Part shown: positions 9,388 to 19,200 of the stretch, one piece after another
Layout: the number at the start of each line of letters is the position of its first letter
Numbering within the stretch: the first letter of the stretch is position 1
Virus record (IMG/VR): IMGVR_UViG_2711768076_000009
Location: 1-21,559 of that record
Direction: 5' to 3' (one strand)
Length of the DNA stretch: 21,559 nt
Source of the DNA: a virus
Lineage: Duplodnaviria; Heunggongvirae; Uroviricota; Caudoviricetes
Notes under the pieces: model-generated
The model's input: the letters and a program-made list of their open reading frames with translations, nothing else
Told to the model about the DNA's origin: nothing
The model's database searches: none
Program-made: the position numbers and the translations under genes

Positions 9388-9409
9388 AAAAAAACCGCGT
9401 CGGCGCGGT
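9388..9409 (-). terminator. Intrinsic terminator after major capsid gene
   Basis: Minus strand reads ACCGCG-ccga-CGCGGT followed by TTTTTTT; a second perfect 8-bp hairpin (9365-9386) lies between it and the connector Shine-Dalgarno. Confidence 0.55.
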
Positions 9410-9430
9410 CTGTAACTGAACAACGAGTGG

Positions 9431-10648
9431 TTATTTGCCAGTGAGCGCCTTGATGGCTGCCACATCTTCCAGCACACAGTCAAAACGATGGAAAGCCAGA
9501 AATGCCACCTGATCAAACTCAGCATAACGCTCAACCAGACGTTTCAGTTCCATATAAGTAACGCGGCGAATGATAAAGCGGTTGAAATCCCCCAGGAAAA
9601 TGAATTTTTTTCCGATACCAATCCCGTCAATAGCCTGATCAATAACATAAGGGATCCCCAGCACAGTAGCCGGCGTACCGCCTGCAATATCCGGCAGCCA
9701 TAACGGGCGTTTCTGTCCATCCTCCATCTCTTCAATAGTCTGCAATGTGGCATCATTGAATGCCCAGCGGTATTTCGGCCCACCACGATATGCCGGATCA
9801 ATGGCATGTTTCAGGGCATTCATTTCTTTCCAGGTGAAAGCGGCAGAGGCTGCAGTCTGGATGGTTCCCGTCACCGACGCTGCCAGCCCTTTTGGCTGTA
9901 ACGGTGATCCCGTTCCGGTCCCCTGAACCAGATATTTTGCCTCTCCACGACCAATACGCTGGGCAATACGGTTTGCCAGATAAGATTCAATATCCACCCC
10001 ACTGTCCTGGAGCAGCTCATTGGACACACGAATTATTTTTGATGACAGCTTTTTAGCCCCCAGAATAGCGGTCCCGAACGTCACATCCTGTTCCGTTGCG
10101 GCTGTATTCTCCGCCAGCAGTTCGCCCTCTTCAGTCGTGCCATCAGACGTTGACCAGGTGATATCCTGCCCGGTTGATGTGGTCAGAAGTTGCGCCACAC
10201 TGGCAATCCCGCCATAAGCCTTCATGGTGTCAATGATTTTGTTACGCATCTGCGTGGGCACCGTATATCCGCCCTGAGAATCCGTTGTTACACTCTGAGC
10301 CCGCAGTTCACGCATCAGATTACGCTCTTCAGCATTCAGTTCTGCAAATCCGGCACGCAGAAAACGGTTAAATGCCGCAGCGCGCTTCTCTTCCACCGCC
10401 TTTTTCCCGTTCTCCGCCTCATTATTCTGGCGCTCTTCCGGCCCGGACTCATCCACATATGCCTGATCCTGACGGCGCAACTCTTCTTCACGGGCGATTT
10501 GCTCATCCAGCGCATCCAGCTCAGCTTTCGCCCTGTTCCACTCTGCCCGTTGCTCATCAGTCCATGCGTTATCACCAATTTTTTCATGCAGTGCACGCAT
10601 ATCCTTTGCAATGGTGTTTCGTTTTTGCTTCATCTCATGAAGTTTCAT
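9431..10648 (-). CDS. Major capsid protein, HK97 fold, with N-terminal delta (scaffold) domain
   Basis: 405-aa ORF; N-terminal ~100 aa is a charged, coiled-coil-like region (MKLHEMKQKRNTIAKDMRALHEKIG...EEELRRQDQ) typical of HK97-type delta domains; follows the prohead protease. Confidence 0.88.
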   Translation of the reverse strand: MKLHEMKQKRNTIAKDMRALHEKIGDNAWTDEQRAEWNRAKAELDALDEQIAREEELRRQDQAYVDESGPEERQNNEAENGKKAVEEKRAAAFNRFLRAGFAELNAEERNLMRELRAQSVTTDSQGGYTVPTQMRNKIIDTMKAYGGIASVAQLLTTSTGQDITWSTSDGTTEEGELLAENTAATEQDVTFGTAILGAKKLSSKIIRVSNELLQDSGVDIESYLANRIAQRIGRGEAKYLVQGTGTGSPLQPKGLAASVTGTIQTAASAAFTWKEMNALKHAIDPAYRGGPKYRWAFNDATLQTIEEMEDGQKRPLWLPDIAGGTPATVLGIPYVIDQAIDGIGIGKKFIFLGDFNRFIIRRVTYMELKRLVERYAEFDQVAFLAFHRFDCVLEDVAAIKALTGK

Positions 10649-10662
10649 CGTCAGTAGTATCC

Positions 10663-11262
10663 TTATGCATTAAGAAGGGTCAAAAGACGCTCACGCGCCA
10701 TTCGTTCGTTAACAGCTTTCTTCAGCGCACCACTCGCCCGCGCTTCCTGCCAGGCTTTCATTGAGCGGACACCAGAGTCTGCGTCCTGATAGGCCGGATA
10801 TGTCACCGGGCTGACGTCATACAGACGAGAAATGCGCGTGATTTCCCGGATAACAATCCCCTCGTCGTCTTCATACCAGCTCTCTCCGTCACGGGCGACA
10901 CGAAACGCGAACGAGGACTGATTAATGTCACCACGCAACATTGGAGACAGCACCAGGTCACAAATAGTCGGAGTATCCGGTGCAACAATGTCATAACGTA
11001 AACCGCGTTCATCCACCGACAATGACAACGTGCCGGCAGAACTTCGTCCGAGAATGAAATTAGGATCATGATTAAACAAGCCACGTACATCATCATTCAG
11101 TACATCATCAAAAGCCCCCGGCTTGATGATTTCACGAAATCCCCACAGAGGTTCTGAACGACTGTTAAATACCGAGCCATACCCCAGAATGTGGGTCGGG
11201 GCATTATCATATTGTTCCGCCCGCACCTCCCCGCTGTAACAGCGCGTTTCACGGTCATTCAT
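10663..11262 (-). CDS. Prohead protease (HK97 family)
   Basis: 199-aa ORF between portal and capsid genes, overlapping the portal stop; canonical position and size. Confidence 0.85.
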   Translation of the reverse strand: MNDRETRCYSGEVRAEQYDNAPTHILGYGSVFNSRSEPLWGFREIIKPGAFDDVLNDDVRGLFNHDPNFILGRSSAGTLSLSVDERGLRYDIVAPDTPTICDLVLSPMLRGDINQSSFAFRVARDGESWYEDDEGIVIREITRISRLYDVSPVTYPAYQDADSGVRSMKAWQEARASGALKKAVNERMARERLLTLLNA

Positions 11263-12481
11263 CGTTCTTTTCCTCTTTGCCTTTCGTATCTTTAAAGTTA
11301 TTCAACGGATTTGCTGCATTTACGCTGACCAGCATTTCATCCAGACCGTCAACCGGGTTCATATCCTCAAATGCCCTGGCTTCATTCCGACTCATCCAGC
11401 CATCTGTAATGGCAAAGTGATAGAACTGCGCACGCTCCTGTGGGGTCCCACGGAGCAACCCCGTGAGGTTGAAACGAACGTAATACCCGGCAGCCCGTTC
11501 TATACGGGTAAACAGGCGACGGTTAAGCTCCTGCTCCCAGTTCGCAACCCAGGGCATCATCGTGTAGCGAACAAACTGAATCGCCTGCTGCGTAATATTC
11601 GAAAATGTGGCTTTTTCCAGGTCATTAATCATGTGCGCCGGGACATTAAAAATCCCGGCAATCATCGACCGGTTCAGCTTGGTCATATCAATGATCTGAG
11701 CATCCACCGGAGAAACTGTCAGAGCGCGGTAATCCAGTTGCGCAGGCAGCAACATGGTTTTATTTTCCTGGCTGCGAAGCGCTGTCACCGCCCGCTGCCA
11801 CATATTTTTAAGCCTGCCCCAGCTTTGTTCGTTCAGTTCATTTTTCACAGAAATAATACCGGCAGGACGGGCATTACCGTTAAAAAAGGCGCTGGTATAC
11901 TGCTGGCCACTCATTCCCATACCAATGGTTTCAGCATGCTGCATGATCGGGCTCAGTCCCATTTTCTGATTGTTTCCCAGCGCCCTGATATGGATCATGT
12001 CGTCCGGACTTACCGCAAATGCACCCTCTTCGTTATACACCCCGTAAGTATGACGCCCACCGGTGTTAAGTAACGTGGTTTCCCATGGCATACAGCATTC
12101 AAGGCTGGTAACCTCTCCACGACGATTACGTTTTACCCACGTATAACCATTGCCCCACCCCAGCACATGACGCTGCTTCAGTTCCCGCCACTTATAGCTG
12201 GTCTGCCAGGCATTCGGTTCATCATGAACGAGCCAGAACAACGGATGATCGCGTGCAGGCTGAACATGCTCATTCGTTTTTCGCATCACATGCAGGGGCA
12301 TCTGAGCCACACTGGATGAAATAACATAAATACAGGCATAGACAGCAGCCAGCTTCATGGATGTTTCCGGACTGACATACACATCCCGGGCAAAAATATT
12401 ATCCGTCTCAGCGGCCTCTCCGGTTACCGGAACCGAGGGATTTTCCAGAGGCTCACTGCGAAACAGAGCATCAAGAAGCAT
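11255..12481 (-). CDS. Portal protein (HK97 family)
   Basis: 408-aa ORF downstream of large terminase; GAGGAG Shine-Dalgarno before the ATG; acidic C-terminus. Confidence 0.88.
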   Translation of the reverse strand: MLLDALFRSEPLENPSVPVTGEAAETDNIFARDVYVSPETSMKLAAVYACIYVISSSVAQMPLHVMRKTNEHVQPARDHPLFWLVHDEPNAWQTSYKWRELKQRHVLGWGNGYTWVKRNRRGEVTSLECCMPWETTLLNTGGRHTYGVYNEEGAFAVSPDDMIHIRALGNNQKMGLSPIMQHAETIGMGMSGQQYTSAFFNGNARPAGIISVKNELNEQSWGRLKNMWQRAVTALRSQENKTMLLPAQLDYRALTVSPVDAQIIDMTKLNRSMIAGIFNVPAHMINDLEKATFSNITQQAIQFVRYTMMPWVANWEQELNRRLFTRIERAAGYYVRFNLTGLLRGTPQERAQFYHFAITDGWMSRNEARAFEDMNPVDGLDEMLVSVNAANPLNNFKDTKGKEEKNDE

Positions 12482-12611
12482 GTTTTCTCCTCATGGACAC
12501 CACCAGTGCATAAAGCAGCAACAAACAGCCCGACAGCATCAGAGACGCTGGCAGACCTGCATACAGATAAACGCCAGCAGTGAGCAAACCGAAACCGATC
12601 AGCCCGGTCAT
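12471..12611 (-). CDS. Small hydrophobic ORF (46 aa; 53 aa from GTG at 12632) between large terminase and portal
   Basis: Minus-strand ORF MTGLIGFGLLTAGVYLYAGLPASLMLSGCLLLLYALVVSMRRKHAS, below the ORF-track size cutoff. Two predicted transmembrane stretches and a basic tail; stop overlaps the portal start; weak Shine-Dalgarno. Confidence 0.3.
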   Translation of the reverse strand: MTGLIGFGLLTAGVYLYAGLPASLMLSGCLLLLYALVVSMRRKHAS

Positions 12612-12628
12612 ATCAGTAATAAGCTGTT

Positions 12629-14386
12629 TCACAGAATTAACAGGTCCTCATCAGGATCAAGCGTGGACAGAAAGTCATTCACGCCCCCGCCATTTACCAG
12701 AAAGCGGCTCATGGCCGTAAAAAGCGCAACAGGGCCGTCGATTTTGGCTTCAGGCGTGGATTTATTCGGGAAGATGTTGTCGTTTTTGTCCGGTTTTACC
12801 GTAACGTTAGACATCATCCAGTTCATGACCGGATGATTGCTGTGATGGAAACGCCCGGCATAAACCAGTGATTCCGTTTCCTTCATGGCCTCTGACAGAT
12901 TGCGGACCGTCTGCGGAACCTCCACCAGCGGTATCCCTTCTTCAGCCAGTGCCAGGCTGAACTGCATTGCGCTCCACGGGTCAAATCCCAGTTCCCTGAG
13001 GTTTTCACCGCCAATCCATTCCAGTAAGTCACTTTTTATCTGAGCATGATCGATAACATCACCATCCGTCAGGATGAGCTTATCCATCTCCGCCCACTTC
13101 CGGTAAAGTTCTGCCTGCTGCCGCGAGCATCGCTCCAGCCGTCCTTCCGGAAGCCAGAATTTAAAATCAGCATGAACATGTCCGTTATCGGTTCGCCAGA
13201 GTTTTGCCGCCGCACAGATATCAATCTTATGAGCAAGGTCTACGCCGACCCACATGGGATATGTTTTCAGCTCATGTTGTGGAGCAATGTATTCGCACTT
13301 CTCCCACTTAATCATATCCATCCAGGCAGATTCGGCAGTGACCCACACATTCATGTGTTTAGTAAAAAAATTCACCCGCGCAGAGACCTGCTCCTTCGCT
13401 TTTTTCGCCAGACGACGCAGATCATCCCAGCGTTTACAGATGCCCAGGCCAGGATTCGCTTTCTGCCAGACCGTTTCATCAAACGGATCATCTCCCTCAT
13501 CGAGCGTGTAAATGATCGCAAAGTAGGAGTCGTCTTTTACCGCGCCCTCCACGTCGCTGTTATAGCCTCGCAATACCTTAATGGCGTAATCGCGCTGCTC
13601 GTAGCAAATCCCTTCCTTGTTAAAGCCAGCCGTGGTGATGCCAAATAACAGAGACTGCAGACGGGCACCGGTTGCCGTTTCCAGAACGTCCCACACGTCA
13701 CGGGTTTTATGAGCATGCAGCTCATCAATAATGGCGCAGTGGATGTTCAGACCGTCCAGGTTGTTTGCATCCGAGGAAAGCGGTTCAAATTTTGATGCGC
13801 TCTGCTCCTGGTAAATCGCCAGCTTGTTGAAATCAAACAACCGCCCGAGTGTCGACCGGGCTTTTCTGACCATATTTTTGGCGTCTTCAAACACAATTCT
13901 GGCCTGGTCACGCGTGGTTGCGGCTGAATACACCTCAGCCCCGCCTTCACCATCTGCCCCCGTCATATACAGACCGATACCCGATGACAGGGTTGATTTT
14001 GCGTTTTTACGGGCAACTTCGTTGTATGCTGTCCGGAACCGGCGCACCATCACCGGGCGTCCACTGCCATCGCTGCGCATGACAACTTCCCCGGTTTCTT
14101 CATTCACCAGCGGAATGACAAAACCAAAAATATTAATGAGGATAAACACATGCCAGTCCATCAACTCAATGGGCTGACCTGCCAGCGCCCCTTTCACATG
14201 GGGTACAAATTTGTAGAAATTAAGGATGTGCTGTGCACGAGGTTCACTGAAATAAATCCCCCGCTCTTCGCCGTACTTCAGATCATCAAGAAAACGCTGG
14301 CAGGCCAGACGGACAAATTCGCCAGCAACAATTTCTCCTGCAACAACACGTTCGGCGTAGCGGATCCCGTCAGCCACTTTTGCCAT
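12629..14386 (-). CDS. Terminase large subunit
   Basis: 585-aa ORF immediately downstream of the small terminase with an ATGA-type overlap; canonical position and size. Confidence 0.9.
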   Translation of the reverse strand: MAKVADGIRYAERVVAGEIVAGEFVRLACQRFLDDLKYGEERGIYFSEPRAQHILNFYKFVPHVKGALAGQPIELMDWHVFILINIFGFVIPLVNEETGEVVMRSDGSGRPVMVRRFRTAYNEVARKNAKSTLSSGIGLYMTGADGEGGAEVYSAATTRDQARIVFEDAKNMVRKARSTLGRLFDFNKLAIYQEQSASKFEPLSSDANNLDGLNIHCAIIDELHAHKTRDVWDVLETATGARLQSLLFGITTAGFNKEGICYEQRDYAIKVLRGYNSDVEGAVKDDSYFAIIYTLDEGDDPFDETVWQKANPGLGICKRWDDLRRLAKKAKEQVSARVNFFTKHMNVWVTAESAWMDMIKWEKCEYIAPQHELKTYPMWVGVDLAHKIDICAAAKLWRTDNGHVHADFKFWLPEGRLERCSRQQAELYRKWAEMDKLILTDGDVIDHAQIKSDLLEWIGGENLRELGFDPWSAMQFSLALAEEGIPLVEVPQTVRNLSEAMKETESLVYAGRFHHSNHPVMNWMMSNVTVKPDKNDNIFPNKSTPEAKIDGPVALFTAMSRFLVNGGGVNDFLSTLDPDEDLLIL

Positions 14387-14868
14387 CAGTCTCTCGCTTT
14401 TAAAAGCTCTGCCAGCGGATCAACATCATCCGGTCCGGCGGTATTTACTTTCGCCCGGCTTGCCGGTGACATACCAAACTCTGCAAGCATCGCCCGAATC
14501 CGCTTCCAGGCATCAGCCTTCATCGCAGCAGCCGGGTGTGCCTTGATCAGCACATCGCCATTCTGCGTTTCCGTGCGGTAGGTATAACCCTCAACATCGA
14601 GTATTTCGCAGTGATGCCGGTATTCGGTGTAGGCTTCCACCAGTAACTCGAGCGCACGTGCATCGAGCTGAGAAATGATCCCTTCCGCATTCAGCTCTTC
14701 CGCCATTCGCCTGAACCAGTACTTCCCCTGCGCCCCTAAATGTTGCGGAATTTTAGGGAGACCTTTTTCATCCTTTTTAGCGGTTTTTTTGGAGTCTTTA
14801 ACTGGCCGCTTTGAGGGGTTACCTCGTATCAAATGCAGGCGTGGCGGGGTTTTCGGGGGTCCAGACAT
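14386..14868 (-). CDS. Terminase small subunit (P27 family)
   Basis: 160-aa ORF with a basic, Lys/Pro-rich N-terminus (MSGPPKTPPRLHLIRGNPSKRPVKDSKKTAKK...); lies between the HNH gene and the large terminase. Confidence 0.8.
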   Translation of the reverse strand: MSGPPKTPPRLHLIRGNPSKRPVKDSKKTAKKDEKGLPKIPQHLGAQGKYWFRRMAEELNAEGIISQLDARALELLVEAYTEYRHHCEILDVEGYTYRTETQNGDVLIKAHPAAAMKADAWKRIRAMLAEFGMSPASRAKVNTAGPDDVDPLAELLKARD

Positions 14869-15015
14869 AATCGGTTTTACCTATCAATCATTTAATCACA
14901 TTCCAAAAAAAAGTTTTCGAACCTGCGGCGATGCGAGGAAAGGTCAGGCGGCGGTACTGAGCAGCCAGGGTTGCAGAGATTTGACCTGCCCCTCCCCTAC
15001 AGATGGGAACTGTTA
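14869..15015. other. Candidate cos region (cohesive end site)
   Basis: 147-bp non-coding gap between HNH and small terminase, the cos position in HK97-like genomes. Contains GGCGGCGG (14947-14954), reminiscent of lambda cosN GGGCGGCGACCT as I recall it, plus an A8 tract and a TTCGAA palindrome. Confidence 0.3.
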
Positions 15016-15366
15016 TCAATTGATGCGTTCGCGCGCTGTTTTTGCTTTATGACAGGGCCAGCACAGACTCTGCAGGTTACTGTCTGCATCCGTGCCACCA
15101 TGAGCTTTCGGAATGATGTGGTCCACAGTTCTGGCTTCAACGGCTCTCCCATTGCGCAGGCAGTTCTGACACAGATGATTATCACGCTTCAGTATGCGCG
15201 CACGTATGGCATCCCATTTCGAGCCATAGCCACGCTGGTGGCGGCTCAGTCCGCGTTGATGCTGTACCCATCCTTCGCCACGATGTTTATCGCAGTAACC
15301 AGAACTGTCTGTGGTTGTACCTGCACATCCACGTTTACGGCAGGCTCGTGGGATTAGTGCTGGCAT
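15016..15366 (-). CDS. HNH endonuclease (terminase-associated)
   Basis: 116-aa ORF with Cys pairs (CRKRGC, CDKH, CQNC, CWPCH) and an HIIPKAHGG...N HNH motif; directly upstream of cos and terminase. Confidence 0.85.
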   Translation of the reverse strand: MPALIPRACRKRGCAGTTTDSSGYCDKHRGEGWVQHQRGLSRHQRGYGSKWDAIRARILKRDNHLCQNCLRNGRAVEARTVDHIIPKAHGGTDADSNLQSLCWPCHKAKTARERIN

Positions 15367-15762
15367 GTTTCGCCCTTATATAAATCAAAAGTGACCTGCA
15401 TTGAGTATCTCCATGAAATAGATTTGCCGCTGATATGAGCCAGATCAATAGACTTCATGAGCTAACGGGTGTAGATATTACTTTTTACTTCAGAGGGTTA
15501 ACTCATGGATATTAAGGATAAAATCAATACCATTTTGTTATGTGACATTGCCATCCACCTAGGTATCGAAACTGATATTGATCCACAGCTTGTAAAATAT
15601 GCTGTGTCATCTGGTAATGATTGGGTTATGAAGGCCGAATATTCACATTTGGATGTTGATGAACCAAGTAAAGAAGATCGTGATTTTGTTACTGCTGTCT
15701 TGAATATGTACCGCGGACTTTCCAATGCTTTCAGGAAACTTAGTGATGACGAGCAAAAAGAA

Positions 15763-15766
15763 TTAG
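15763..15766. repeat. IS5 target site duplication TTAG (left copy)
   Basis: TTAG immediately outside the left inverted repeat; fits the known IS5 target preference YTAR. Confidence 0.8.
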
Positions 15767-16962
<1,196 letters not shown>

Positions 16963-16966
16963 TTAG
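16963..16966. repeat. IS5 target site duplication TTAG (right copy)
   Basis: TTAG immediately outside the right inverted repeat. Confidence 0.8.
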
Positions 16967-17253
16967 TCCGTGACCATCATCTAAAAATACATGATGGGGA
17001 AATTCAGCTCCCAGGTTTCGACGGTCATAATGAATGCGATTACTTCAGTATCATTGAGGCATATCAGAAAATTGATCGCTTCCCCGAACAGAAACAGCCC
17101 ATTGCCAATACTCATTCACGTACAGAACATCTCTATAACGCAATGCTTGATGAGTTTAAGAAAATTGACGCTGTAAATCGAAGCTGGGATTTATCAAAGG
17201 AAGAACTGGCATCCATTCTTTCCACAGCTCCACGCAGTTTCTAAGTGCTTTAG

Positions 17254-17276
17254 GCGGGTTTCCAACCCGCTTTATT
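17254..17276 (+). terminator. Intrinsic terminator downstream of the YfbU-like gene
   Basis: GCGGGTT-tcc-AACCCGC followed by TTTATT, starting 10 nt after the stop codon. Confidence 0.55.
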
Positions 17277-17491
17277 ATGCTCGTATAAAAAAGGAAGCTC
17301 CCAAATTAACCAGCACGGATTTCTTTTCCTCAATGTGGCGGTCAAGTTCAGCAACTGCATGCGGGCGTATAGCCTCAATAAAGGCATTATCTTAATAGGC
17401 AGACTGGATTGTCACACCAAGCCCAGCACCACTTTCTAGTATACCTTTCTGTCGCTGTAGCTCTTTCATCTCGTTATAGATGTAATGCGCG

Positions 17492-17734
17492 TTACTTAAG
17501 TTCTCTGCGTTCATGCCCCGCTTTCTTCCTGCAGTTAGCCTGCACTGATTTGTTATGCGCCAATATGTCCCGTTTCGTCTGTTTATCCAGCACGGTAATA
17601 TCGTGCTCTGTTAGGTAGATGATGTTCACCCAGTCACAGGTCGTGTCCGTTACTTCAGGCTTTGCGGGTATAGCTTTCGCGCAACTCGTGGTCAACATCG
17701 TCATCAGAAAGATGGTTAACAGTCTGCTGTACAT
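17492..17734 (-). CDS. Outer-membrane lipoprotein, putative o-spanin (Rz1-like)
   Basis: 80-aa ORF with lipoprotein signal MYSRLLTIFLMTMLTTSC (Cys at 18) and further Cys in the mature part; its 5' end overlaps the 3' end of the upstream i-spanin candidate in another frame. Confidence 0.5.
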   Translation of the reverse strand: MYSRLLTIFLMTMLTTSCAKAIPAKPEVTDTTCDWVNIIYLTEHDITVLDKQTKRDILAHNKSVQANCRKKAGHERRELK

Positions 17735-17924
17735 CCCTAGCCCCTTTTATTGTCTCTACCCTGCGTTTGGCGACCGCTTCAATAGCCGCTGCACGTTCTT
17801 CCGTACGTTGCTGGTCTGCTTTTGTTTCAGCGATTCTGGTACCGCGTGATTTACCCAGACCAAAAGCACCAGCAATTGCTGCCAGTGCAGCAAGAACTAA
17901 GCCAATAATCATTTCAAGTCCCAT
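17655..17924 (-). CDS. Putative i-spanin (Rz-like; N-terminal TM plus charged helical region)
   Basis: The ORF-track 143-aa version overlaps the endolysin. The internal ATG at 17924 (MGLEMIIGLVLAALAAIAGAFGLGKSRG...) has a GAGG Shine-Dalgarno and starts 7 nt after the endolysin stop, giving about 90 aa. Confidence 0.5.
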   Translation of the reverse strand: MGLEMIIGLVLAALAAIAGAFGLGKSRGTRIAETKADQQRTEERAAAIEAVAKRRVETIKGARDVQQTVNHLSDDDVDHELRESYTRKA

Positions 17925-17931
17925 AGTGACC

Positions 17932-18546
17932 TCACACCAGTGCGGCTTTAGCTTTGGCGTAACGTTCACGACGTTCTTTAATGCCGTTCTGCCCGCCATT
18001 AATAATCTGCGTGACGCGCTCCAGCTCTCCCGAGTAAAGGAGACAACCACGTAACGTGAAAAACCAAGCAGCAGAACGGGCAGCATGCTTCTCCTGCGTC
18101 AGCAACTCTGGTGTACCGATTAGATCAAGCTTCAGCGCCGTACCGCATTTGGCGTAGTTCTCCCGGCCGGTGATTTGAAGCAGGCCACGACCACGATATT
18201 TCCAGCCATCCCCTTGGCTGTTATTCCCCAGGCGGTTACCGTAAACCAAATTGGCTATTTGCTGCTGGTGGGCTATCTGCCTACCATCGATACGTCCCAA
18301 CATTTCACACTGATACGGAGTCAGGCGTTTACCAAAGGTTTTCTTCAGCCCCTCTACCGAATAGTTAAAGCTCTCCACCAGCGAGGTAAAACCGGCCGAT
18401 TCGTGCCCAACTTGTGCAATGAACATGGCCTGATCGTTAACTGCTGTGATTCCAAACTCTTTCAATGCCGCATCAATGTGCGGAAACCAGCGCGCAGAAA
18501 GCCCGGTGCTGATACCAGCCGCCTGCTGAAATTGTGATTGGTTCAT
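17932..18546 (-). CDS. Endolysin, glycoside hydrolase family 19 (chitinase-like lysozyme)
   Basis: 204-aa ORF with the GH19 signature region WKYRGRGLLQITGRENY; TAATG overlap with the upstream membrane-protein gene. Confidence 0.8.
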   Translation of the reverse strand: MNQSQFQQAAGISTGLSARWFPHIDAALKEFGITAVNDQAMFIAQVGHESAGFTSLVESFNYSVEGLKKTFGKRLTPYQCEMLGRIDGRQIAHQQQIANLVYGNRLGNNSQGDGWKYRGRGLLQITGRENYAKCGTALKLDLIGTPELLTQEKHAARSAAWFFTLRGCLLYSGELERVTQIINGGQNGIKERRERYAKAKAALV

Positions 18547-18827
18547 TAGCGCCTCAGATGATCAACCAGACGTGCCACGTTGCCTCTGACGGCTACCAGC
18601 ACAGAGAGGAAAATAATGTTGGCCCCGATAGTGCCCCATGATGAGTACGGGTAAATACCGCACAGATACGCCAGCGGAACAGCACTGTACATGACCGTAA
18701 GCAGCCACGCTAAACGAGATATCCACGGCCGATGTCGCGAGTCGCCGCGACGGTAAAACATCAGGGTTAACACTACCCCAGCACAAAGCAATGCATTAAA
18801 AGTTGCCGATAGGTCATTTTGTACCAC
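18546..18827 (-). CDS. Holin-like membrane protein (3 predicted TM, basic C-terminus)
   Basis: 93-aa ORF with three hydrophobic segments and the C-terminal RGNVARLVDHLRR; immediately upstream of the endolysin. Confidence 0.6.
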   Translation of the reverse strand: MVQNDLSATFNALLCAGVVLTLMFYRRGDSRHRPWISRLAWLLTVMYSAVPLAYLCGIYPYSSWGTIGANIIFLSVLVAVRGNVARLVDHLRR

Positions 18828-19200
18828 CTGAACCTCCCCGGCGCGTTATGAGCGCCACCAGCGAACCGATATCCTGGTTATTCAGAAACGTCAGGATTTT
18901 AACGGCTAAAGCAGAGACGATTACGGCACCAATAGCATCCAGAGGTTTATCACTGTATCCGGTCAAATTCGCCAGTTTGGAACCAACTAACCCAGAACAC
19001 AAAACCCCAGCGATATATGACACTATGAAATATGCCAGTCGGCGCGTTGCCGTCAGATCTGCAGTTGTCGCTATGTAGAAAACAGCTCCTGCAAATGCGC
19101 CAAATACAACACCATAATCCGTACCTGTAAACAGGCCATAAATACTGACTCCCGTTAGAACTCCTCCGGCTAACCCAGTACCGGAAATAGGATCGGACAT
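18814..19200 (-). CDS. Holin/antiholin-like membrane protein
   Basis: 128-aa Gly/Ala-rich multi-TM ORF with a charged C-terminus; first gene of the lysis cassette; AGAGGTGG Shine-Dalgarno. Confidence 0.55.
   Translation of the reverse strand: MSDPISGTGLAGGVLTGVSIYGLFTGTDYGVVFGAFAGAVFYIATTADLTATRRLAYFIVSYIAGVLCSGLVGSKLANLTGYSDKPLDAIGAVIVSALAVKILTFLNNQDIGSLVALITRRGGSGGTK

Noticed and set aside
9037-9534. Long 165-aa version of the head-tail connector ORF
   Set aside because: The N-terminal extension would overlap the capsid gene 3' end and run through the post-capsid terminator; the internal ATG at 9354 with an AGGAG Shine-Dalgarno is far more plausible.
11417-12073. 218-aa plus-strand ORF
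   Set aside because: Antisense within the portal gene; translation is Arg/His-rich and implausible.
13046-13648. 200-aa plus-strand ORF
   Set aside because: Antisense within the large terminase gene; no Shine-Dalgarno and no recognisable motif.
17277-17491. Coding potential in the ~215-bp gap between the YfbU-like terminator and the o-spanin stop, including plus-strand ORF 17409..17618
   Set aside because: Only short ORFs of 19-45 aa without a Shine-Dalgarno, and the 69-aa track ORF is antisense to the o-spanin with a Cys/Ser-rich translation; treated as convergent intergenic spacer.
17655-18086. Long 143-aa version of the spanin ORF
   Set aside because: The extension overlaps the endolysin gene by about 150 nt; the internal ATG at 17924 with a GAGG Shine-Dalgarno, just after the endolysin stop, fits better.
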